Source of the DNA: Haliotis cracherodii
Lineage: Eukaryota
NCBI RefSeq assembly: GCF_022045235.1
Contig: NW_027266343.1
Coordinates: 31,496,001-31,560,000, forward strand
DNA length: 64,000 bases
Direction: 5' to 3'
Shown here: positions 1 to 9,378 of the stretch, one piece after another
Position numbering within the stretch: the stretch's first letter is position 1
Layout: every line of letters starts with the position of its first letter
Program-made: the position numbers and the translations under genes
Notes under the pieces: model-generated
What the model was told of the DNA's origin: nothing
What the model saw: only the letters and a program-made list of their open reading frames with translations
The model's database searches: none

Positions 1-138
1 TAAACATGTTGAGTTATGCTAAAATGCTAAGAGAACTAAACAGTTTAAACTAAATATCTGACGGAAAGCAATGTTAGTTTAACCATCTTGTAAACTTAAA
101 GGGACTGTGCCTACATCCTCTTGATTGTTTTGTTGTAG

Positions 139-277
139 TGGTTGGCGTGACCCTTCCAGGCAGGGAGTCCCGCTTTAATGACAAGTGCTGTGATGACATG
201 GAAGAAATACTCACCGACATTACAAATACAATAACAAGTCAATACGTGGACAAGCCATTTATATTGTGGGGACATAG
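139..277 (+). CDS. Type II thioesterase (OLAH/GrsT-like), internal exon A; gene 5' end lies upstream of the window
   Basis: tgtag acceptor, gtaaat donor. Translates VGVTLPGRESRFNDKCCDDMEEILTDITNTITSQYVDKPFILWGH(S); LPGRxxR and PFxxxGHS are TEII motifs. Confidence 0.9.
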
Positions 278-480
278 GTAAATATGTTACTGAATACAGT
301 TGTGTGTACACATTATAATCTTCAGATACTAATCTGCTCCTCATATTTATAACAGTATGATGATTCTATGTCAGCTTTTTTACCATGCAGATTACTTGTA
401 ACACTGGTACAGTTGACATTTCACTGCATATTCCTGATGCTGTTCTCATCCTTACCTCTCAGTGTTGAATGTATGTAGTG

Positions 481-647
481 CAGGGCCAGATCCAACATTT
501 TTAAAAGGGAGCGGTCCAATATCAAAATCCTATCTCACCTGGGGTGTGGGGGGTGGTGGTGTTGGGGTTGTCTACAACATACTACTTTTGGTTTTCAAAA
601 GGGGTAGGGGGTCTGGACCCCTTGGATCCCCTCTGGGTCCGCCTATG
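481..647. mobile_element. Small degenerate MITE-like element
   Basis: Imperfect inverted ends cagggccagatcca ... tgggtccgcctatg around a G-rich interior. Confidence 0.45.
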
Positions 648-834
648 TAATGTTTAAAGGTACAAAGAACTAAAAGGATAAGTATTTATGGATGAACAAC
701 TTCTTTATCACGATTAAATTCTTATCCTTACTTAGTACTCCAACTTCTAAATGCCTATCAAAGAAGTTACAAAGAACTATGTCATATATTCACTGGTATA
801 TAATATGTGTATACTTTGTATGTGCAGGTCAAAT

Positions 835-1080
835 TGTGTACACAGTGTCATAGTGTCTTCATTGTGTATACAGTGTTTATAGTGTATTCCTTGTGTATAC
901 AGTGTTTATAGTGTATTCCATGTGTATAGTGTTTATAGTGTATTCCTTGTGTATACAGTGTTTATAGTGTATTCCTTGTGTATACAGTGTTTATAGTGTA
1001 TTCCATGTGTATACAGTGTTTATAGTGTATTCCTTGTGTATACAGTGTTGTACAGTGTTATAATGTATTCACTGTGTGTA
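835..1080. repeat. 29-bp minisatellite (tgtgtatacagtgtttatagtgtattcct)
   Basis: About 8 tandem units in a thioesterase intron. Confidence 0.9.
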
Positions 1081-1859
1081 TGTAGTATACTGATTGCAGT
1101 ATAAGGAAATGTAGTGATTTTGTGTATACAGTGTTACAGCCAATAGACACTGTTAAAGTGTTGCATGGTGTATTCTGTGGACAGGCAGTGATCGATTTTG
1201 TCTTATGTAGTGTACATACAGTACTATATACTACTCAATGTTTGACTTTGATAGGGATAATCAAATATGTCAGATATGTTTAAACATATCATTTTTGTGT
1301 ATCATGGAAAGATAAACATACCCATATACAAAGTGGAGGAGTATGTATGTGTATATATAGGATGTTTATGGGAACATGCAGATTAGGGAAGTGAATAAAA
1401 TATTTCGTTTCTGACTTACAGCCTGGGTAGGGAGGGACAATTTTAATTTTTAATTTATATTTTTGTAGGTTACTAATCTATTAAACTAGCGCTGATTCTA
1501 ATTATCACATGATCTTATTTGAAAATGCCCCTTTGCGACTGTATCAAACACACACCCAAGGCCAAAGTGAGAGTCAACAGGTTCCTCTGACACCATCCAT
1601 TTCACATGGCTTGTACTTGGCCTCTAGTGCAAGAATGCATTTTGACTTGAAAAAGTAATTTCTTAATAGTTATGCATTTACCCAAAAAACTTTTAAGGGC
1701 AGTTTATGGGGTTGTAGAGTCTTCAGAAGCAAGAAATTAATCCAACAAATCTTATACAGTTTAGTATAGAATGTTTATATTCCTTTGGTTCACAGTGAAC
1801 AGAAAGTATGTTTGTTGAAATGGTGGAAATATATGCATTAACATGACTTTTCGTGGTAG

Positions 1860-1959
1860 CATGGGCAGTCTATTGGCGTTTGAGCTAGCATGTCGACTAA
1901 AGTCCCAGACTGGACAGGAACCAAAGAAGATGTACCTCTCTGGAATATCAGCACCACAT
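1860..1959 (+). CDS. Type II thioesterase exon B
   Basis: AG+C completes the catalytic Ser of GHSMG. Translates MGSLLAFELACRLKSQTGQEPKKMYLSGISAPH; gtaaga donor; phases match. Confidence 0.92.
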
Positions 1960-1981
1960 GTAAGACTTGTCATAGTTAAAC

Positions 1982-2214
1982 ACCCCTGTGAAGATCCGGG
2001 GTAGAATTGGTCTTCACACCCATGCTTGTCTTTAGAGGTCATAACGAGATCGAGTAGTCAGGCTTGCTGACTTGGTTGACGCATGTCATCATATCCAAAG
2101 TGCATAGATCGATGCCCATGATGTCAATCAGTGGATTGTCTGGTCCAGACTTGATTAATTAGAGACTGATGTCTTATAGCTGGAATATTGTTGAATGTGG
2201 CATAAAACAACAAA
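1982..2214 (+). mobile_element. Family C short retroposon, degenerate copy
   Basis: gtgaagatccggggtagaattggtcttca head to gctggaatattgttg...aaaacaacaaac tail; many CpG>TpG changes. Confidence 0.85.
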
Positions 2215-2321
2215 CTTTGTTAAACAAGCAATATGAAACACAAGATAAAGTCAGGATGTTATAGGTAAATAGTTTAGTTGTCACTCTTTATACCACAGTA
2301 TACATTCAAGTATCAGAAGGA

Positions 2322-2461
2322 CAGTAGGGTAGCCTTGTGGTTAAAGTGTTCACTCATCTTGGGTTGATTCCCCACATGGTTACTGTGTGTGAAACCCATT
2401 TCTTGTGTCTCCTGCGGTAATATTGCTGGAATATTGCTAAAAGTGGCGTAAAACTATTCAC
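2322..2461 (+). mobile_element. SINE family A (tRNA-Asp-like head), degenerate, tail interrupted by a MITE
   Basis: gggtagccttgtggttaaag...gctggaatattgctaaaagtggcgtaaa. Confidence 0.8.
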
Positions 2462-2879
2462 CAGAGCTACAGATAAGCAGCTTATTTGCATAATATTCAA
2501 AATCCAATTACTTTCAATTAACTTGCATACAGAAACGCATGCATTAAATGAAAAACTCAAATGTTTAAAAACAGCACGTGTAAATACCCAATGAAGCTTT
2601 TTCAGCATGAGTAACAAAGGAGCTAATTTCCAAAACACAATTACTAGCTAATTTACTTTCCCAGCCAAGCCTATATATTTAGAACAGTTATATACATCTT
2701 AAATTTTTTTAATTTTTTTTTTAATATTAAAATGTTCACCAATTTTGGGAAAAAAACAATAGAGTGATGAATTGATGAGTGAAAAAATATTGATTACCCA
2801 ATGAAAACTGTAATAACCCAATTATAATAGAAACCCTAGAGTAAAAACTCAATTGCTTAAAGAGTTATCTGGAGCTCTG
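2462..2879. mobile_element. ~415-bp MITE with CAGAGCT(A/C)CAGATAA termini
   Basis: TIRs cagagctacagataa / ttatctggagctctg; colinear second copy at 54283-54695. Confidence 0.85.
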
Positions 2880-2971
2880 AATACTCACTTTCTCATTCTT
2901 GTTGAAGCAAAAAGATGAAGCATGCTGTTATGAAACTAAATATTTTCTAAAGTTTGCTTTTTCCCTGACAG

Positions 2972-3047
2972 TCTCCCATGAGGAAAAAGGTACACATTGA
3001 CCGTAACCAGACAGACCAACAGTTCGTCGATGTGATGAGTAGATTAG
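2972..3047 (+). CDS. Type II thioesterase exon C
   Basis: Pyrimidine tract plus acag acceptor. Translates SPMRKKVHIDRNQTDQQFVDVMSRL(G); phases 0/1 fit the neighbouring exons. Confidence 0.85.
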
Positions 3048-3164
3048 GTCTGTATGGGCACAAGATGCCATAGAACTGCACAGTTTGTCTTGATACTACA
3101 TGGATAGCAATATTGATAGGGTTAAAACTTGATGAGGTAAATTCTTGTCTAATCATAAGAGTTA

Positions 3165-3655
3165 CCGCTGTGTTGTGCTGGTAAAAGGTATGTTGTGGTA
3201 TATAAACAGTGTTGTGCTGTGTAAACTGTTATGGTGGGTAAAATATGTTGTGCTGGGTAAAATGTGTTGTGTTAGGTAAAATGTGTTGTGCTGGGTAGAA
3301 GGTGTTGTGTTAGGTAAACTGTTGTACTTGGTAAACTGTGTTGTGTTAGGTAAACTGCGTTGTGCTGGGTAAAATGTTTTGTGCTGGGTAAACTGTTGTG
3401 TTAGGTAAACTGTTGTGCTGTTTAAACTGTATGTTGTGCTGGGTAAACTGTGTGTTGTGTTGGGTAAATTGTGTTGTGCTGGGTAAGCTGTGTGTTGTGC
3501 TGGTAAACTGTGTGTTGTGTTAGGTAAACTGTTCTTGGTAAACTGTGCATTGTGCTGGGTAAACTGTTGTGCTGGGTAAACTGTGTGTTGTGCTGGGTAA
3601 ACTGTTGTGTTAGGTAAACTGTGTGTTGTATTAGGTAAACTGTTGTGCTGGTTAA
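3165..3655. repeat. ~19-22-bp minisatellite (tgtgttgtgctgggtaaac)
   Basis: More than 20 degenerate tandem units. Confidence 0.9.
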
Positions 3656-3718
3656 CCAGCGTGAGTAGTGCTGGGAAAGTAGCCCTTGTTACTTAAATGA
3701 TGTTTGTACCTGCCTCAG

Positions 3719-3812
3719 GTGGAACACCCAGGGAAGTGCTGGAGAATGAGGAAATGATGAAGATCTTTCTACCCTGCATACGAGCAGATTATACAATGTT
3801 AGATGGTTTCAC
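3719..3812 (+). CDS. Type II thioesterase exon D
   Basis: Translates GGTPREVLENEEMMKIFLPCIRADYTMLDGF(T), matching the TEII GGTP...LPxxRAD motif; gtaagt donor. Confidence 0.92.
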
Positions 3813-4099
3813 GTAAGTGACTGTGTTCAAACCATATTTATACATTCACTGAGATAATTTTTTTATGTTGTTCTAGTTTGCAAGCAATATAATCAATATA
3901 TTAAATTAAACTTGTAATTATATGTCATTAATAAAACAATAATGAAGTAATACATTTACTGATGAAGTGTCCTGTGGGATAAAGATGTTATACACCTGTT
4001 GATGATCTGTACATTAGGACATTATGCACTGACTGGGACAAAGACTTTAAACACAAACTGATGAAAAGCTGCATTGGATAAACACATTGTGGAGGATAC

Positions 4100-4990
4100 A
4101 TGAGCTGTTCAGTGAGATATAGACAATATACACATAGTGATGGACTGTTCAGTGAAATAACGACAATATTGACATACTGTTGGACTGTACAGTGACATGA
4201 CATAAAGGTGATATACATATACTGATGAACTGTTCAGTGAGATAAAGATGACATGCACATACTAACGGACTGTTCAGTGAGATAAAGATGATATGCACCC
4301 ACTGTCAAACTGTATAGTGAGATAAAGACAGGATACACATAGTGACGACTGTTCAGTGAGATAAAGACGATATTCATCTTCTGATGAACTGTTCAGTGAG
4401 ATAAAGATGATATTCATCTTCAGATGAACTGTTCAGTGAGATAAAGATGATATTCATCTTCTGATGAACTGTTCAGTGAGATAAAGATGATATTTATCTT
4501 CTGATGAACTGTTCAGTGAGATAAAGATGATATTCATCTTCTGATGAACTGTTCAGTGAGATAAAGATGATATTCATCTTCTGATATACTGTTCAGTGAA
4601 ATAAAGATGATATACATCTTCTGATGAACTGTTCAGTGAGAAAAAGATGATATTCATCTTCTGATGAACTGTTCAGGTAGATAAAGACTAGATAAACATA
4701 CTAATGAACTGTTCAGTGAGATAAAGATGATATACATATACTGTAGAACTGTATGGTGAGATATACACGATATACACATACTAATGAACTGTTCAGTGAG
4801 ATAAAGAAGATATACACCTTCTGATGAACTGTTCAGTGAGATAAAGACGATATACACATACTAATGAACTGTTCAGTGAGATAAAGACGATATACACATA
4901 CTAATGAACTGTTCAGTGAGATAAATATCATTCACACATACTAATGAACTGTTCAGTGAGATAGAGATGTTGGTATTCAACTGATGAAGT
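4100..4990. repeat. 40-bp minisatellite (ctgatgaactgttcagtgagataaagatgatattcatctt)
   Basis: Exact 40-bp period at 4381, 4421, 4461 ... 4661; degenerate edges. Confidence 0.95.
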
Positions 4991-5010
4991 GTGACATAAT
5001 TATTTTCCAG

Positions 5011-5096
5011 ATTCACCAACAGCGATGGGCCACCACCTTTATCCTGTCCCATTTCTTTCTTTGATGGGGAGGACGATTCTAAACACGACACAGAAG
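5011..5096 (+). CDS. Type II thioesterase exon E (GC donor)
   Basis: ttttccag acceptor. Translates FTNSDGPPPLSCPISFFDGEDDSKHDTE; the AAG|GCAAGC donor gives the phase needed by exon F. Confidence 0.85.
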
Positions 5097-5477
5097 GCAA
5101 GCAGTATTTATATTTTTTTAGATGGTTCAGCATTTTTAATTATCGTGTGGTTTCCGATAAGAGAATGATTACTACGTTTGTCTGTTGATGTTTATGTAAC
5201 CGTGACAACAGTAGGGATGTATACTGGAACACAATGAAAACCATAATCAACTTAAACTCAAAATCAGAAGAGATGTGTTTTGTGTTCAAGTCCATCTCCA
5301 AACACATGAATGAGATTCGAACCTGTTCAAACTGTTGTTTGGTTATCGCAGGCCTAAGTACCCAAAACAACTTAATTCAATTACAAACAATCGAATGCGT
5401 TTTCAAAGTGTTTCAGTATATAATTAAAGGAAGACTTTCATGTGCATACACATCGTAAACTGTGATATTCAAATAGA

Positions 5478-5784
5478 GTGAGTGAGTAACATTATACCAG
5501 TTATATTGCAGCGTGCCAGCTTAATGTGGGAGAAAAGCCTGAAGCGATGCAGGTCTGAGTTTACCGCTTTGGTGAAACACACGAGCACGGGTATGGTGCT
5601 GACAAACCTTGAAACATAATCGTGGCGAATCGGGATTCGAACCCACGTTTCTGGCGTGCCGAAGGGACGTAACTCTGCACAGCGAATCGGGATTCGAACC
5701 CACAATGTTTCTGGCGTGCCGAAGGGACGCAACTCTGCACAGCAAATCGCGGCGCCTTAGACGACTGGGCCACCCGTGACCCCC
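5478..5784 (-). mobile_element. SINE family D (V-domain SINE, tRNA-Leu-like head) with internal head duplication
   Basis: 12-bp TSD tattcaaataga (5466-5477 / 5785-5796); A/B boxes; V-like core; (actc)n tail. Confidence 0.9.
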
Positions 5785-6374
5785 TATTCAAATAGAAAAC
5801 ACAGAAAGTGATCTGAATGTGCTGTGAGAATGTGAGAGATGAACCCAATACTCATACATAGGGAAAATACCAAGAATGCCTGGTCTTCATTATATTAAGT
5901 TAGGTCTTCATTGATCTTCATTGCACCCATTTGTCTAAGGCGCCGAAATTTGCAGAGTTGCGTCCCTTATGTGTTCCAGAAACCTGTGTTCGTTTGTCAG
6001 CAACATACCCCTGGTTGTTGGTTTGAGCCAAGTGGTATTCGTCCTAGCAAATACCTTCATCAATTTGGGCTTTCCTCCCACATAAATCTGACAGCCCTGA
6101 TCTGACTTCAATACTGCCCAAAGATGGTTTCAACCAAGCTGCTCACTTACTCAGCAGGGGGCGGTTGTGTAGCCAAGTGTTTAAATAGTTTGCTCGTGAC
6201 CCCGAATATCCGAGTTCGTTCTCCACATGGGTACAATGAGTGAAGCCCATTTCTGTGGTCCGCTGTGGTGATTTTGCTTGAAGATTGCTAAAGGCTGCTA
6301 AGATTATATTCACTCACTTAATGATTTTCCATTTCACTGAAATATTTCGTTGTTAACAAAACGTATCTTTTCAG

Positions 6375-6508
6375 CTTGGAGAAGTTTGACCTCAGGACAG
6401 TTCTCGCTGACAATGATGCCTGGTGGCCATTTTTATCTCCGAGAACAAAACAATATGCGTGCCATCATCAGTCATATCAGCAGGGACTTTGCTGAGGAAA
6501 TGGCATGA
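6375..6508 (+). CDS. Type II thioesterase terminal exon F
   Basis: Translates (A)WRSLTSGQFSLTMMPGGHFYLREQNNMRAIISHISRDFAEEMA*; catalytic His in PGGHF; TGA at 6506-6508. Confidence 0.92.
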
Positions 6509-7468
6509 CAAGAGTTATCTCCCTTACACCGTCCAGCCCGACCATGTTTGTGATGAGGAACCGACGCCAGTGTGCCAACAGAATGAAGTTTGCTATCACT
6601 CGATCCCTATAAAGTGTCAGAATGATTTAACTGCTAAGAGGGAGATAAAAATGTATTCGTGACTAACTGGGAAAGATACTAAACCCTATTAAGCATTTTA
6701 TGAGCAAAGAACCTTTTTCTATCTTTACTTCAATCAAGAAACTGTGACGCTAATAATTGTAGTAACACTAAATATAATTTTCAAGTGATGAAATCAACAA
6801 TAACTGAAGTTACTTCCATGCATAGTTACACAGTTACGACATTCGGGGCGTATCGTTGCCATGGGAATACCGGCGGGCCAACATGCCCTGGCAGATCACT
6901 GTTCAGCATCAAACGCTGCAACATCATTCATTTTATCACTTCTTTAATAAAGTTACTTTGAGGGACGGTTTATTTATTGGCTTGGCATTTAGTGGCGTTA
7001 ATATGACGTGATGGCGATAAGATGTAATGCCTTGAAATGTGTGATATTGACACTAACGTCTTTTATGACAACCGCAAGGTGTTTATTTCATTTCCATGCA
7101 TATTTCAATAATTGGTTTAGTTTGAAATTGTCCATGGAGTCTGTTTGGATAGTTATTCGAGTTACCGTATTTCCTCTATAGAGAGCCATCCTCCTTTACG
7201 TGGCGAGACTAGAGGTAATGGCTCCCTTGAAATAGGGAGTTACAACGAAGGATCTCTCCCAATTAAATTCGAATAAAGTTTACTTAAAGCTACATAAAAA
7301 AAACGTCGAGCACATATTTATCAATAAACGAGGAGGTTGGTGGGACTTTTTCGTATTTTTTATTGAGAAAAAAGGTGATTAGGGAGGAATATGTTTTTTT
7401 CCCATCACGAATACCAACTAATCCATTAACAGTTGTCAGCAGATAACAGGGTCTGCTCTATGTCACAC

Positions 7469-7727
7469 GACCCGTGAAGATCCGGATAGTATTGGTCTTC
7501 AGCAACCCATGCTTGTCGTAAAAGGCGACTATGCTTGTCGTTAAAGGTGACTAACGGGATCGGGTGGTCAGACTCGCTGACTTTTTTTATATACATGTCA
7601 TCGGTCCCAATTGCGTGGATCGGTGCTCATGATATTAATTACTGGACTGTCTGGTCCAGACTCAATTATTTATAGACCGCCGTCATATATCTGGAATATT
7701 GCGGCGTTAAACAACAAACCAACCAAA
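7469..7727 (+). mobile_element. Family C short retroposon, full length
   Basis: Starts GACCCGTGAAG; two copies of the 22-bp hairpin unit; ends gcggcgttaaacaacaaaccaacc. Confidence 0.9.
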
Positions 7728-8739
7728 TCTATATGACAGAGGAAATTTTCATTTACACAAGTTTTTATTGGCAATAATAATCACAACCACAACTCGCATG
7801 ATTTATAGTGTCGCGCCGATACCCGAGAAACATTTCCTTTTTTAAGGTTCCTATGCGGTAGTGTTGTGGTCAAATCATTCGCTCGTCACGCAGAAGGCCC
7901 TGGTTGATGCCCCGCGTAGGTACGTTGTGCCCATTTAAGGTGCTTCACCCGTGGTATTACAGGAAGCTATAAGCGGCAAACTCACTCCAATATAGGCAGG
8001 TCTAAAATAAGTTATGTATATAAGGTCAAGGGCTCTTGGAAGGGGAAATTTGGCATTTGATTAAAGTTTGGTGTGCCATGCATTCAGATGATGGCTCGTG
8101 TATTTGTACCAAATTTGATCAGTTGAAAAGGATTTTGAATTATTTACTTTTGTTTTATTAAGGTGTGTTATGCATTCTCAAGAGGCCATTTTCTGTTTGA
8201 TATACTTCGACTACTTGATATAAATATTTTGGACACTGTAAGACAATGTATTACTGGGGAAATGGAATTAATATATCTTATATATCCTGCATTGCGCATT
8301 TGTTTTGTAAGAGCCAAGGTGTTTCAGCTCACGAGTACCTCTTTCTAATCGTAAGAGTCTACTAAATTGGCATCTGTGACGGTAGGAGACGTTGATTATG
8401 CTGTCAGCCACTGGTTTGTCTGCATGGCCTAGACGCAAGTATTCACATAACACGGTATGGTTTCCTGGTTGGAATAGGTCCCCAGTAACCCATGCTGGTC
8501 ATAATAGGCGACCAAATAAATGGACCGGGTGGTCAGCGTGGTTCAAAGCGTATCCTCGTACCTCGACGTCGTGGATCGTCACAATAACGAACACTGGATT
8601 GACTGACTCGATTATTTAAAGGCCGCCGTCATATAGCTGGGATATTATTTAGTGCGGCGTTAAACAACAAAACCGGTCGTGTTATAACATTCAAGTTTAA
8701 TTAAAATGTAATAATCATATTTATATTTCCGTGTCGATC

Positions 8740-8920
8740 AGGTCGGGTAGCCTAGTGGTTAAAGTTTTCGCTCGTCACGCCGAAAACCCGGGTTCGATTC
8801 CCGACATGGGTACAATGTGTGAAGCCCATTTCTGGTGTCCCCCGCCGTGATATTGCTGGAATATTGCTAAAAACGGCGTAAAACCATACTCACTCACTTA
8901 CTCACTCACTCACTCACTCC
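8740..8920 (+). mobile_element. SINE family A (tRNA-Asp-like)
   Basis: A box tagcctagtgg, B box ggttcgattcc, gtc anticodon-like loop, (actc)n tail. Confidence 0.9.
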
Positions 8921-9041
8921 TTGTCGATAATGTGAACGTTTTGTAACGGCACGCTCATACAATACACTTAACATCATTGCAAGTTAAGTATGACAGAAAT
9001 ATATTTACAGCCACATGATACGAGTCCTCTGGGGGACTTAA

Positions 9042-9378
9042 GACCGCCTCCGTGGTCTAGTGGTAGAGCGTCCGCCCGGAGAGCGGAAGGTCCGGGGTTC
9101 GATCCCCGGCCGCGTCATACCAAAAGACGATAAAAGATGGTACTTGTTGTTACCCTGTCTGGCGCTCGGCATTAAGGGGCAAAACAAGGACTGGTCGGCT
9201 CGGAGTCAGTATACTGTGACTGAGTGGGGTATTCATTTTAAACCGCGGCATGGTATCTCAGTGAGCTAGCACTATAAATCGGCATCAGCCACACAAACAC
9301 ACACACGTACATGCACGTCGCTATATAAGTGCAATAATCTTGGACGCGACGTTAAACCCCAATTCACCTCGCCTCACC
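9042..9378 (+). mobile_element. SINE family B (tRNA head plus Meta-like central domain)
   Basis: 12-bp TSD tgggggactt(a/t)a; A/B boxes; cataccaaaagac...atggtacttgttg core; (cacct)n tail. Confidence 0.9.

Noticed and set aside
9060-9269. Recurrent ORFs such as MVERPPGERKVRGSIPGRVIPKD (also 12281, 23035, 36234, 42057, 43050)
   Set aside because: Translations of SINE family B copies, not genes.
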